From positions 18,843 through 82,842 of the forward strand of contig JAIBBV010000006.1 of the NCBI GenBank assembly GCA_019694465.1: 64,000 bases of DNA. Direction: 5' to 3'. This DNA comes from Oligoflexia bacterium. Its GTDB lineage: Bacteria > Bdellovibrionota_C > UBA2361 > JAFLCA01. The position numbers were made by a program, and so were the translations under genes. The notes under the pieces were generated by a model. It made no database searches. It was not told where the DNA came from and saw nothing but the letters and a program-made list of their open reading frames with translations. Each line of letters begins with the position of its first letter. Position 1 is the first letter of the stretch. Of the stretch, positions 1 through 10,184 are shown one piece after another.

Positions 1-2
1 AT

Positions 3-845
3 GCTGGCGAGCAGTCATGTCTGAATCTAATATTTCTTATATCTCCGGATACATCTACGGGCTTTGAGATCTTTGGTGATAGCGATGAACGATTTAAGAT
101 TAAAGGTGGTAATGAACGCCTAATCGAGGAGCTAGACCAGCGGCTCGCTCGTCCTGTTTTGCTTGAACATCGCCTGGAAGCAATCACTGAAGTAAGTTCA
201 GGCTACAGACTGACTTTTTCAAAGAGCGGGTCGGGTACAGTGGAAGTTGCAGCTGATGTAGTACTACTGACTCTCCCTTTCACGATGCTGCGCCAGGTAC
301 AATTAAATGTTGAGCTGCCGCAGGTGAAATTACAGGCTATTGAGCAGCTTGGGTATGGGACCAATTCAAAGTTGCTTGTTGGCTATCATAGTCCGATTTG
401 GCGATCACAAGGACTGAGTGGCAATTTTTTCACTGACCTTGGTTTTCAATCAGGCTGGGACAATAGCCGACTACAACAGGCAGAGCATGCGGCTGGGCTT
501 ACTCTTTATTTTGGGGGTACACCCGGTGTTGCAGTGGGGCAAGGTACACCTAGTCAGCGCTTGGCCGAATTCCAAAGTGCTCTTGAGCAGCTTTACCCTG
601 GTACTGGCGAAGCTTTGAATGGCAAGGTTTCGCGCTTCCATTGGCCTACCCAGGAATTTACTCAAGGCTCTTACGCCTGCTACAAACCAGGGCAATGGAC
701 CAGTATTGCCGGAGCCGAAATACTTCCTGTAGCTGGTATCTACTTTGCTGGCGAGCATTGTAGCTATGATTTTCAGGGCTATATGAATGGAGCAGCTGAG
801 ACAGGGCGACGCGCTGCTGAGGCAATACTTGCCGCGCTTCCTTAG
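3..845 (+). CDS. flavin-containing amine oxidase family protein, C-terminal part; the 5-prime end lies outside the window
   Basis: The frame is open from the window edge, with no stop from nt 3. The translation ...FEIFGDSDERFKIKGGNERLIEEL... and the tail ...GIYFAGEHCSYDFQGYMNGAAETGRRAAEAI match the FAD-binding C-terminus of MAO/L-amino-acid-oxidase-type enzymes. Stop codon TAG ends at 845. Confidence 0.6.
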   Translation, partial: AGEQSCLNLIFLISPDTSTGFEIFGDSDERFKIKGGNERLIEELDQRLARPVLLEHRLEAITEVSSGYRLTFSKSGSGTVEVAADVVLLTLPFTMLRQVQLNVELPQVKLQAIEQLGYGTNSKLLVGYHSPIWRSQGLSGNFFTDLGFQSGWDNSRLQQAEHAAGLTLYFGGTPGVAVGQGTPSQRLAEFQSALEQLYPGTGEALNGKVSRFHWPTQEFTQGSYACYKPGQWTSIAGAEILPVAGIYFAGEHCSYDFQGYMNGAAETGRRAAEAILAALP

Positions 846-934
846 AACTATTATTTGCCTCAAAATTTATTTTGATTGAATCCTCTGCGCTTCGAAGCTA
901 GTTTTCCCAAGGGGGGCTTCATAAGGTTGGAGGT

Positions 935-1897
935 ATGCCAGTAGTTTTAGCCGCTTTGCCCTGTGAAGAAGACGCTAGTGATAGCGAAGCTATTCTTCCG
1001 GTTCCAAGTGTCGATAGTCCAAATGACTTTGCGGATGCGGTTATAGGTAATGTAGCAGCTGGATTTCACAGACTACATGCTAGAACTGATCAAGATCGCG
1101 TGAAATTTGCCATCATCGATCGGGCAATTGGTTGGGTGGGGCATGAGCTTGAAATGCATGGTGTAGCACCCAGAGCAGAAGTACTCTCACTTTTTTGCCA
1201 ACTTGTGTTGGCCTATTTTTCTGGGAATTCTTCGTCTAGATATGGATTAGATGAACTTCTGGCCCTTAAAAAAGGGGCAATTTTACCGCAGGGTGTCCCT
1301 GAGCAATTTGCTCTGCTCTTTAAGCTGTCGCAGGAGGGACAAGTTTCTGAATCTCCATTACCGCCTTCCCAACGGGCAAGTCGCGAGGCCTTAACTAGAT
1401 TTGCTAAGCAATATCAGATTCTTGGTGAGCAAATTGGGGTTGCTTCCAATTTGCGTGGGGCGGAGGCGATTGCTGCGCTTTGGGCAATTAGTGGTGTGCC
1501 ACCGCAGCTAGCTAATTCAGACACGGAACATGTTTACGTTGGCACTATAGGAAATTGCTTTGAACTTTTTCTGCATGGAGAAATTGAATGGTGGAAACCG
1601 GTAGAATTTCCTGAAGATATGGATGATGGCAATCAGGTTCAGGACCTTAAGTCCCCAAAGTTAGATCCAGCCTGTCAGGCCCTGAATGAGGAGAAGCAAC
1701 AACGAGACAGGATTCGTGATTTACTAGTGGCAGCAAGAGAAAGTGATTTTGTAGAAATCCAACTCGAGGACGGACGTACGTTCAGAGGGGCGCTGGTATT
1801 TAACCCATTTACTGGGGAAGGTCGGTTAATAAACCTCGATGAGGAATTCTCGTTTGATTTCCATTTGGAACAGGTGCAGACGGTTAAGATTTCCTAG
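935..1897 (+). CDS. hypothetical cytoplasmic protein (320 aa)
   Basis: A clean 320-aa ORF with balanced composition that fills the gap between neighbouring genes. No recognisable motif. Confidence 0.5.
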   Translation: MPVVLAALPCEEDASDSEAILPVPSVDSPNDFADAVIGNVAAGFHRLHARTDQDRVKFAIIDRAIGWVGHELEMHGVAPRAEVLSLFCQLVLAYFSGNSSSRYGLDELLALKKGAILPQGVPEQFALLFKLSQEGQVSESPLPPSQRASREALTRFAKQYQILGEQIGVASNLRGAEAIAALWAISGVPPQLANSDTEHVYVGTIGNCFELFLHGEIEWWKPVEFPEDMDDGNQVQDLKSPKLDPACQALNEEKQQRDRIRDLLVAARESDFVEIQLEDGRTFRGALVFNPFTGEGRLINLDEEFSFDFHLEQVQTVKIS

Positions 1898-1971
1898 GGT
1901 TTCTTTGATGTTGAAGCATTTACAGACACTTAGAGTCCGTTTCAAAGGCACCCCAGACAAGACATAATGGG

Positions 1972-2015
1972 CTCAAATTGCGAGCAAAGCGAAGCATTTT
2001 GCTCCATTTTGTGCG
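1972..2015 (+). repeat. copy 1 of a ~45-bp dispersed repeat with core gcgagcaaagcgaagc
   Basis: ctcaaattgcgagcaaagcgaagcattttgctccattttgtg. Related copies are at 4712-4760 and 25272-25320, all in the same orientation, each just downstream of a plus-strand gene. Confidence 0.55.
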
Positions 2016-2089
2016 GACTCTTCGCTGCCCATCTAGCGTCCACACTTTCCATAAATTTTATTGCTCCCTTTTATTAAGCAAGACCTATA

Positions 2090-4615
2090 ATGTGTCGATT
2101 TCTTTTGGAATTGATGCGACGCGCCCTATCTCTCATGCTATTGGCAGTTAGCTGCCTAATTACTCTCGCCACAGCTGCGCGAGCAGATTCCATTTCCGAT
2201 AATCCGATTGTCTTTGTTACCATGGTGCCAAATCCAGCGGACTTTGGAACATTAGCGGCGACATTTGGCAATCACACGGCTACTCCTTCTACAGCGGTGC
2301 GTGGGGGAGATTTGTGGATACGCTACCCGGATGGCTCTTTGAAAAATCTTACTAGTGCTGCCGGGTATGGGAATACTGGATTTCAGGGCGCTGGTGCCAT
2401 TGCTGTGCGGGATCCTTCCGTGCACTGGGATGGGGCAAAGGTAATCTTTAGCATGGTGGTAGGTGCACCGACTCAGCAATATCAACTTACTTCACATCGT
2501 TGGCAGTTATATGAAATTACTGGCTTGGGGGCCTCAGAAACTCCAGTAATTACGAAAGTTGCCGGTCAGCCTGCTAACTACAACAATATTTCTCCGACCT
2601 ATACCAGTGACGACTCCATCATATTTGTCTCGGATCGTCCGCGCGATGATACAGTACTGCATACATATCCGCAGCGTGATGAATATGAGTCATCGCCGGT
2701 CAATTCGGGGCTGTGGAAGCTAAATGTCGCATCGAGTGAATTAAAGCTGCTTGATCACGCTCCATCTGGAGATTTTAACCCGATCGTTGATAGTTTTGGT
2801 CGTGTAGTTTTTACGCGTTGGGATCATCTTCAGCGTGATCAGCAGAATGTTGGCGTAAGTTTTGGTGCATTTAACTACGAAAGTGAAGTTAGCAGCACTG
2901 CTTTATCATCAGCCGCAGAGGTGTTTCCCGAACCTAGATCGACGCTCGACCCCGACTACGTCTCAACTGTGAACTTGCACACATTTAATCAGTTCTTCCC
3001 GTGGATGATGAATCAGGACGGCACCGGACTTGAGACTCTCAATCATGTGGGCCGCCAGGAAATAGGGCTGTACTCGGAGCGAAGCTTTAACAACGATCCC
3101 AACGTTCAAGAGTTCTACGGACAGTACACGACTGGACAGAATCAAAATGAATTCACCATTTTCCTTCATATTAAGGAAAAGCCCACGCTTTCCGGCACGT
3201 ATGTAGGCACAAGTTGCCAGGAGTTTGGTACACACGCTAGCGGACAGATTATCTCTCTAACTGGAGCGCCCGGCCTGAATCCTGACAACATGCAGGTGAA
3301 CTACATTACGCACCCGGATACCGCGGGAGCGACGGACAATCCAAGTGCTAATCATTCTGGGTTGTACCGAGATCCACTACCACTTTCTAATGGTAAGCTA
3401 ATCGCCGCTCACACTAGCAATACAAGGCAAGATTCCAATATCGGTACGTCATCCGCGCCACTTTCGCGTTATGACTTTCGCCTAAAAGTACTTTCTCAAG
3501 GAGCAAGCTACTTTAGCGCAGGCAGTGCCTTGACATCTGGAATAACCAAGAGCATTAGTTTCTGGAATCCCGACACGTTAGTTACTTACAGTGGGCAGCT
3601 CTGGGAGCTGATGCCAGTCGAGCTTAAGAGCAGAAGCCGGCCAAGTGCTACAAGAGATGAATTGCCACCGGTCGAAGATTCTCTAATAAGTTCACTAAAT
3701 ATCGATGTGGCTGAGCTGGTAGCTTATTTGAAGGTGCAGAATTTGGCGTTGGTGGTTAGTCGAAATTTAACCATGCGCGATCGCAATGATCGTCAGCAGC
3801 CATCGAATTTACGGGTTACTGGTACAGACACACAGACGCTACCAAACTCGGGCACGATCTATGACATTTCATTTTTGCAGTTCTTTCAAGGTGATCTTAT
3901 TCGTGCTTATCAAAGTAGTAGCAGTGCTGGGCGCCGGGTCTTGGCTCAGCCCATGCATTCGGTAGCCGACGGGGTGAACATGGTAACCTCAGGAGCGCCA
4001 TTAGGGTCGGTTAAGCTTGGGGATGATGGTTCTATGGCAGCCTTCGTTCCGGCCGGGCGAGCTTTGAGTTGGCAGCTTACGGCTGAAGATGGTACTCCAG
4101 TTGTACGTGAGCGTTATTGGGTTACCTTTCAACCTGGCGAGATCCGGGTGTGCGCCTCTTGCCACGGAATAAATACCGCCGATCATATGGGCAACCCGGC
4201 TCCCCAAAATAGCCCACAGGCATTGGCAGCCTTACTTGCACATTGGAAGAACCTCCCGGCATCCTCAATCCCAAGTTATACACTTAAGGTAACTGCAAAA
4301 AAGAAGTCAACCCTGGAAAAATTTAGCGTTCTTGCTAGCGGTGGTAGTTCTTCAGCACTACTAGCCCTGCGCGCCAAACTTGGCACTTACTCCTGTAAAG
4401 GGTCTAAGAACTTTGCAAGTGGTAAGACCTCTAGAAAATTAAGTGGTAAATTCCCTTCTATTAAAGGGCTGGCCATTAAGTTTAGTCTTACGAACCAGGG
4501 CTCAACTGCAGCGCTTAAAAAGACAAGCCTTAAACTAAGCGGTCCTAGTGCCTTGAAGTTCAGCTCTAAAAAGTTGAGGTCCGCTTGTAGTGAGATGTTT
4601 GCTAGCTTCAAGTGA
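2090..4615 (+). CDS. secreted beta-propeller (PD40/TolB-like repeat) protein with a single CXXCH motif and a Lys-rich repetitive C-terminal tail
   Basis: N-terminal signal peptide (MCRFLLELMRRALSLMLLAVSCLITLATAARA). Repeated SPDG/FVSDR-like blocks typical of PD40 propeller blades. CASCHG at nt 4151-4168. The last ~110 aa are K/S/L-rich with reiterated K[FL]S units. Confidence 0.6.
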   Translation: MCRFLLELMRRALSLMLLAVSCLITLATAARADSISDNPIVFVTMVPNPADFGTLAATFGNHTATPSTAVRGGDLWIRYPDGSLKNLTSAAGYGNTGFQGAGAIAVRDPSVHWDGAKVIFSMVVGAPTQQYQLTSHRWQLYEITGLGASETPVITKVAGQPANYNNISPTYTSDDSIIFVSDRPRDDTVLHTYPQRDEYESSPVNSGLWKLNVASSELKLLDHAPSGDFNPIVDSFGRVVFTRWDHLQRDQQNVGVSFGAFNYESEVSSTALSSAAEVFPEPRSTLDPDYVSTVNLHTFNQFFPWMMNQDGTGLETLNHVGRQEIGLYSERSFNNDPNVQEFYGQYTTGQNQNEFTIFLHIKEKPTLSGTYVGTSCQEFGTHASGQIISLTGAPGLNPDNMQVNYITHPDTAGATDNPSANHSGLYRDPLPLSNGKLIAAHTSNTRQDSNIGTSSAPLSRYDFRLKVLSQGASYFSAGSALTSGITKSISFWNPDTLVTYSGQLWELMPVELKSRSRPSATRDELPPVEDSLISSLNIDVAELVAYLKVQNLALVVSRNLTMRDRNDRQQPSNLRVTGTDTQTLPNSGTIYDISFLQFFQGDLIRAYQSSSSAGRRVLAQPMHSVADGVNMVTSGAPLGSVKLGDDGSMAAFVPAGRALSWQLTAEDGTPVVRERYWVTFQPGEIRVCASCHGINTADHMGNPAPQNSPQALAALLAHWKNLPASSIPSYTLKVTAKKKSTLEKFSVLASGGSSSALLALRAKLGTYSCKGSKNFASGKTSRKLSGKFPSIKGLAIKFSLTNQGSTAALKKTSLKLSGPSALKFSSKKLRSACSEMFASFK

Positions 4616-4711
4616 AGAGAGTTAGTGTCCCGAGCCTACGAACTTGTCTCTTAAACCTATTTCCGACTCTGGACAAGAGAGCCCGCAACAAAGATTGGCT
4701 AGGCAAACCTG

Positions 4712-4760
4712 ACGGACTCGTATTGCGAGCAAAGCGAGGCAATACAACCGATTTTGTTAC
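4712..4760 (+). repeat. copy 2 of the ~45-bp repeat; contains the perfect inverted repeat tattgc(gagcaaagcgag)gcaata
   Basis: ctcgtattgcgagcaaagcgaggcaatacaaccgattttgttacg, about 100 nt downstream of the stop of the 841-aa gene. Confidence 0.55.
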
Positions 4761-4786
4761 GTACGTTAACTCTAAAATGGACAGTT

Positions 4787-5995
4787 CTAGCGGGAGGCTG
4801 CGCTGAGGCAACAGCTTGGGCTTCGCTCGCCGCTCCAGCTTGGCTTTACTCCGAGTTCAACAAATCGCTGTATGGCTTGGTAATGGGGAGTGATATCTAT
4901 CCCCTGCTGCGCAAGCCAGGAATCGCAAAAGTAAGTATGTTGATAGCGTTGGCCACCATCACATAGAACTACCACGATCGATCCTTCACTACCCTCGGCA
5001 TGCATGTCTGCTATTAGCTGTAGTGCTCCATAGAAGTTTGTACCAGTTGAGCCGCCGCACTGGCGACCTAGCACTTGTGATAGGTAACGAGTTGCTGCTA
5101 TTGAGGCTGCATCTGGAACACGCACCATTAGGTCTACTACGTCTCTAAGAAACGATCTTTCCACGCGAGGACGGCCTATTCCTTCGATTCGAGATCCGCG
5201 GGCACACCGCAGTTCGCAGTTGCCAGAAACAAAGTAATCAAAAAATACAGAATTCTCTGGGTCAACCACACAAACCCCGCAGTCGAGTCTACGGTAGCGA
5301 ATATAGCGACCAAGGGTGGCTGATGTGCCGCCGGTGCCTGCTCCACAAACAATCCAGCGCGGGATTGGATGTACCTCACTTTGCATTTGAGAAAGGATTG
5401 ATTCAGCTAGGTTGTTATTTGATCTCCAATCTGTTGCACGTTCGGCGTAAGTAAATTGATCGAGGAAAAGTCCCTTACATTGTGTGGCCAGGCGCCTCGA
5501 TTCGTCATAGACAGCGGTAGGGTCATCAATTAGGTGGCACTTGCCGCCATAAAATTCAATCTGTGAAATTTTTTCAGGCGATGTGCTCTTAGGCATCACA
5601 GCAATGAAGGGAAGCCCAAGCAGGCGCGCGAAGTAGGCTTCCGAGATGGCGGTCGATCCGCTTGAAGCTTCAACTAGTGTAGTTCGCTCATGAATCCAAC
5701 CATTACATAGACCGTATAAGAAAAGCGAGCGGGCCAGTCGATGCTTAAGGCTCCCTGTTGGATGACTGGACTCGTCTTTAAAATATAGGTGAATTTTCGG
5801 GAAAGCTGGTAGGGGATAAGGCACCAGATGAGTATCAGCAGAGCGGTTAAAGTCTGCTTCAATGATGCGGACGGCAGTATTTATCCATTCTCGAGGCTGC
5901 ATGTTTAATCCCCTGCAAAGAACTAAGTCTACTGAAAGGATGCTAACATAGAGCACCGTAGTAGTTGATTGTTTTGACACTATGTCAATTGCCAT
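4787..5995 (-). CDS. PLP-dependent cysteine synthase / cystathionine-beta-synthase family enzyme (tryptophan-synthase-beta fold; SbnA/CysK-like)
   Basis: PLP-lysine motif SLKHR, glycine loop GAGTGGT, and ...[25 protein letters not shown]... The true start is probably an internal Met (MQPREW...). Confidence 0.75.
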   Translation of the reverse strand: MAIDIVSKQSTTTVLYVSILSVDLVLCRGLNMQPREWINTAVRIIEADFNRSADTHLVPYPLPAFPKIHLYFKDESSHPTGSLKHRLARSLFLYGLCNGWIHERTTLVEASSGSTAISEAYFARLLGLPFIAVMPKSTSPEKISQIEFYGGKCHLIDDPTAVYDESRRLATQCKGLFLDQFTYAERATDWRSNNNLAESILSQMQSEVHPIPRWIVCGAGTGGTSATLGRYIRYRRLDCGVCVVDPENSVFFDYFVSGNCELRCARGSRIEGIGRPRVERSFLRDVVDLMVRVPDAASIAATRYLSQVLGRQCGGSTGTNFYGALQLIADMHAEGSEGSIVVVLCDGGQRYQHTYFCDSWLAQQGIDITPHYQAIQRFVELGVKPSWSGERSPSCCLSAASR

Positions 5996-6226
5996 CGGCT
6001 GCGAGTTGCTTGTTACTTTCTAAGAGTCGCATGTTCGGGCGCGGCCTGGGTGCGCAGCCGATGGGTATGACAAGAGTGGTCTAGAAAGGCCCTTTACATG
6101 GAAAAATCTTAACTATTACCTATGTTTGTTTGAGTTTACAGCTATGTTATACTGGCAACTCAAATTTCTCGGCAGTTCTTTCATTACAGGTTAAATAGGG
6201 TTGATGGGGGTTAGGTATCCTAATGG

Positions 6227-8032
6227 TTGGGAAATACTGTCGAATTACGTGGTGAAATTATAGCGATGTCAGGCGATCTTGATCCAATTACAAGAGGTGC
6301 AACTAGGCGGGAGCCTACTACCACTCCTGTTCAGGAGTTAGCTAGAAGTGCTTCGCTGCGGGAACTCGGAGAGCGAGTTATCGGTGATATTTGTGCATTG
6401 TCTGCACCCACCACCGATGAAGCAGGTGTGGCCTTTGCGTTCCGTGGTTCTCTCGATTATTCCAACCCGGTGCTGGCTGCGCATGGCGTCGAGAGAGAAA
6501 ATAGACCGGTGATATGTTGCCAAAACTTTGTAGTTGATGCCTCGGCTGCACAGCTTCTCAGTACTCCGACAGGAGACGCATATCTAACATTTCTTGGAAT
6601 TGGTGCGGCGGGCCCCGATGACGTAGTACTTACGCTGAAGACTCTGCCTGGGCTCCTCGATTATTATAGAGAGATTGGGTTACTAGCGCCCAGCACAAGA
6701 GTTATTGAAGTAACACCGAAATTGGACGGTGATAAGCTTGGCTACCCGTTTACTTCTCCACTTGCGCTCCTTGCGCAGGATCAGGCGGCGCAAGCCCAAC
6801 TTGCTGAGATATCAGAGGGGAGAGGCCGCCCGATTTTGGTTGGCACGTTCTTAACCGATGAAATGCGGGCGGGATTAGCTCGTCTTGGAGTCGACTTCGT
6901 TCAGCAAACACAGCCTGCACTTACCAGCAATAAGCATTTGTTTGGGCTTGCCGGTAAGTCATTAGGGTTCGAAGTTGCACCGCAAGTGGTCATTTCTCAG
7001 CCCAATGACATTGATGCTGCCTGCACGATGACACTAGAATCTATTCGAAACAGAATAAACCGCGGAGACTTAGTTGGACCGCGCGGTTGGATTGGTGGAT
7101 GGGTAAAACTATCCGGTGGGTCGGGTGGTGACTTTGTCCAAAGCATAGTGATCGGTCCAGAAGCTATAGAGCAACTTCGCAGTGGGATGCAAGGCGGAGT
7201 TACTGGCGACGACGCAGCTTTTGGGAAAGTCGTTTCTTCTAGCGCTGCCTATCTCAGCGCTAGAGCACAAGTTGTCGCAGCGATGGATCGCGTTCGCGCT
7301 TCGGTGCAAGATGCCTTTCGATTTAATGATTATGGGCCTGGTGCTGAGGAAAGATTTTGGCCAAGGGATGCTTTTGCCCCTTCAGGCGCGGTGATTATAG
7401 TTGAGCAAGACGTGCGCGCGCGCGGCAGCATTGTGCTGAATGGCAGCAATCTAATGATCGTTAATGCAAATGGAAGTTCTACCCTCGAGGGTTGTTTTGC
7501 ACAGTTAACAGGCCCAGATGGGGACTACCGTGGAAGCATGCCATTTGATTTGGCAGACTTGGGAGCGGAGGTGCGTAGCGATCTGCAACGCCAATTCAAG
7601 GCTGTTGCAACGCTAGCGCATAGGCTAGGGCATCGTGGATACATAGGTGTGGACTTCTTTGTGGTCAAAGATGCTGAAGGTAGGGCAATTCCAATAATGA
7701 CGGAAATGAATGGTCGGATTCCTATTAGCGGGACAGCAAAGATTATAGCCGATAAACTAGGCGCGTCGGCATGGATCAATGTTAATCTAGCTGCCCCTGG
7801 GCATGAGCCGATCAAGGATATAGCGGACTTTAGGCGATTGTTCGGGGATTATGCGGTGCCTAACACTGACCCAACTGGATGTTTTGTAGTGCCACAGGCT
7901 TTCAGGACCCTGCATGGCACGGACGGCAAGATTGAGCCATCATGTGTGCTTAAGGCACTGATAGTTGGGCCTTCTGCTCAGGCATGTATAGATTTTAGGT
8001 CGCGCCTGGCGGATGAGGGATTTGGAAAATAG
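6227..8032 (+). CDS. pre-ATP-grasp / ATP-grasp domain ligase-like protein
   Basis: C-terminal ...YIGVDFFVVKDAEGRAIPIMTEMNGR... matches the ATP-grasp nucleotide-binding core. Long N-terminal domain. Starts at TTG 6227; an alternative ATG is at 6266. Confidence 0.5.
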   Translation: MGNTVELRGEIIAMSGDLDPITRGATRREPTTTPVQELARSASLRELGERVIGDICALSAPTTDEAGVAFAFRGSLDYSNPVLAAHGVERENRPVICCQNFVVDASAAQLLSTPTGDAYLTFLGIGAAGPDDVVLTLKTLPGLLDYYREIGLLAPSTRVIEVTPKLDGDKLGYPFTSPLALLAQDQAAQAQLAEISEGRGRPILVGTFLTDEMRAGLARLGVDFVQQTQPALTSNKHLFGLAGKSLGFEVAPQVVISQPNDIDAACTMTLESIRNRINRGDLVGPRGWIGGWVKLSGGSGGDFVQSIVIGPEAIEQLRSGMQGGVTGDDAAFGKVVSSSAAYLSARAQVVAAMDRVRASVQDAFRFNDYGPGAEERFWPRDAFAPSGAVIIVEQDVRARGSIVLNGSNLMIVNANGSSTLEGCFAQLTGPDGDYRGSMPFDLADLGAEVRSDLQRQFKAVATLAHRLGHRGYIGVDFFVVKDAEGRAIPIMTEMNGRIPISGTAKIIADKLGASAWINVNLAAPGHEPIKDIADFRRLFGDYAVPNTDPTGCFVVPQAFRTLHGTDGKIEPSCVLKALIVGPSAQACIDFRSRLADEGFGK

Positions 8033-9149
8033 TCTAGTGGATACTCTTTCGATTCTAGAGACACTCGTCGGGATTAAATCTGTTTTCCCAAATGAGCAGG
8101 AAGTATCTGCTTGGATCTCCCGGCGCTTGGAGACGTTAGGCTTTTCAGTTGCGAAAGTATTCACGGATAATGAGCGACCGAATCTAGTCGCTACCCTTGG
8201 TAAGGCCAAGACCTACCTTGGTTTTTATGGGCACATGGATACTGTGCCGCCAGCCGCCGATTACGTTCGAGATCCTTTTACTGTGCATAGGGATGGAGAC
8301 ATCCTTCAAGGTCTTGGTGTGTGTGACATGAAGGGAGGGCTTACCTGCATACTGCAGCTAGCTGAATGGGCGACTAAAAGGAAGCTGCCGCTAAAGCTTG
8401 TTTTTGGTGTAGATGAGGAAGATATCTCAAAAGGCGCGCACGATCTCGTAAATTCTGGATTCTTGAACGACATAGGCTTCATGATTGTCGCAGAGAGTGG
8501 CCAGATTGAAAACTTTGACCAGCCAATTAGCGTTTCCCTAGGCCGTAAAGGGCGAGTTGTATTGCAATTCCAAGTACAGGGTCGAGCCGCTCATGCTGCA
8601 GAGCCTCACAAGGGCGTAAACGCGATTGAGAAGGCTGCTCATCTTATTGGCGAATTGGGAAGTATAAATTTGGGTGCACACCGACGACTTGGATCTAGCA
8701 CTCTAGTTGTTCAGGAAATTACTGCAAGGGCTAGCTCCTTTTCGGTCCCAGACCTCTGTGAGGTGGTAGTATCGCTACTTTCTTCGCCTGGAGTTAATAG
8801 CGCTAAAATTTGTGACGATATTCGTAATTTAGCTGCGAAATTAAATATTAAATTACAAATAGCACCGAAGCCTCGACATACTCCCTATGGGGAGGCGTAT
8901 GAGATTGATACCCAGAATCAGTTTTACAGGCGGATTAGCGATGAGATTCTAACACCGCTTGGTGTAACTCCATTTTATACGCCCTCGGTTGCGGACGAGA
9001 ATGTCTTCGCGAACCGATTGAAGATACCTGTGTTAACAATGGGCGTAATTGGCGGTGGTGATCATACCAAAGATGAGTGGGCTAAACTTAGTTCATACGA
9101 AACTCTTATATCTACCTATCGCAATGTGCTAGAACTCTGGCATCAATAG
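8013..9149 (+). CDS. M20 family metallopeptidase/deacylase (ArgE/DapE-like)
   Basis: ...FYGHMDTVPP... and ...GVCDMKGG... metal-binding motifs. Length typical for ArgE/DapE. The start overlaps the upstream gene by 20 nt, consistent with an operon. Confidence 0.8.
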   Translation: MRDLENSLVDTLSILETLVGIKSVFPNEQEVSAWISRRLETLGFSVAKVFTDNERPNLVATLGKAKTYLGFYGHMDTVPPAADYVRDPFTVHRDGDILQGLGVCDMKGGLTCILQLAEWATKRKLPLKLVFGVDEEDISKGAHDLVNSGFLNDIGFMIVAESGQIENFDQPISVSLGRKGRVVLQFQVQGRAAHAAEPHKGVNAIEKAAHLIGELGSINLGAHRRLGSSTLVVQEITARASSFSVPDLCEVVVSLLSSPGVNSAKICDDIRNLAAKLNIKLQIAPKPRHTPYGEAYEIDTQNQFYRRISDEILTPLGVTPFYTPSVADENVFANRLKIPVLTMGVIGGGDHTKDEWAKLSSYETLISTYRNVLELWHQ

Positions 9150-9154
9150 CCGGC

Positions 9155-10174
9155 TTGCTACTTAACGCTATGACTACAAGTGCCAAACTTTGCCTGCTCA
9201 TCTGCGGCGGGACCATCACTATGGTGCAGGACCCGCGCACCAAGACTTTGGTGCCATCAACTGAAATAGCTGAGCTTACCAAGCAAGTGCCGGAGCTTGC
9301 GTCGATTGCAAAGATAGATTCGCTGTTCGTTACGAATATTGATTCTAGCAACATGCTACCGGATACATGGGTTCGGATTGCGGAAATCATTGTACAGCGC
9401 GCTGAGCAATACGATGGCTTTGTAGTAACACATGGTACAGACACCATGGCCTACACAGCTTCGGCCATGTCATTTTTGCTGCAGGGCCTTGGGAAGCCTG
9501 TCGTATTTACCGGCGCCCAAATGCCGATATCTGAGGAATTTGGCTCGGATGCTCGGAATAATTTGGTCTTCGCGGCCACTTTTGCCACTCAAGATATAGG
9601 TGAAGTCTGCATTTTCTTTGGGGCAGAGCTATTGCGTGCCAATAGAGCCCGCAAGTTTTCGCAATTCGATTTTGATGCATTCAAATCATTTAATACGCCG
9701 GCGATTGGTAAGATTGGGATTCGCCCTAAACTCGCCGAGCACAGAATAAGACGTGCCTTGCCGAGTCGACTCGCTACTCCACATTTAGAGCAATCTGTCT
9801 ACCTGCTGAAGTATTTTCCAGGCATGAAGGCCAGCATCATTCCATTGATTATCGCGCAAGGTTTTAGAGGGATAGTGATCGAAGGAGTGGGCGCTGGTAA
9901 TTTGCCATCTGTGCTTGATTTTGCCGGAGAGATAAAGCGTGCCACTAACAGCGGTGTCCCGGTTGTGATGACTACTCAATGCATAGTTGGTGCAGCAGAA
10001 ATGTACATTTATGAAGTTGGCAAATTTGCGGAGCAAAATGGTGCCATATCAGCTTTCGACATGACACCAGAAGCTGCTCTGACAAAGTTAATGTGGGTAC
10101 TGGGACAGACTAGTGCGATTGACGATGTGCGTAGCCTTATGCAGCGAAATCTGGCTGGGGAAATGTCTGAATAG
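9155..10174 (+). CDS. L-asparaginase, type I (cytoplasmic) family
   Basis: N-terminal ...LICGGTITM... (catalytic Thr in GGTI) and ...THGTDTMAYTA... motifs. About 330 aa. Confidence 0.8.
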   Translation: MLLNAMTTSAKLCLLICGGTITMVQDPRTKTLVPSTEIAELTKQVPELASIAKIDSLFVTNIDSSNMLPDTWVRIAEIIVQRAEQYDGFVVTHGTDTMAYTASAMSFLLQGLGKPVVFTGAQMPISEEFGSDARNNLVFAATFATQDIGEVCIFFGAELLRANRARKFSQFDFDAFKSFNTPAIGKIGIRPKLAEHRIRRALPSRLATPHLEQSVYLLKYFPGMKASIIPLIIAQGFRGIVIEGVGAGNLPSVLDFAGEIKRATNSGVPVVMTTQCIVGAAEMYIYEVGKFAEQNGAISAFDMTPEAALTKLMWVLGQTSAIDDVRSLMQRNLAGEMSE

Positions 10175-10184
10175 GCAATAACCA

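Noticed and set aside
418-863. ORFs 418-618 (+) and 471-863 (-) overlapping the amine oxidase gene
   Set aside because: They are alternative or antisense frames inside a CDS with a clear amine-oxidase translation. They have no independent support.
4151-4168. Calling the 841-aa protein a bona fide cytochrome c
   Set aside because: A single CXXCH can arise by chance in an 800-residue protein, and no cytochrome fold context was recognised. It is kept as a flagged motif rather than a functional call.
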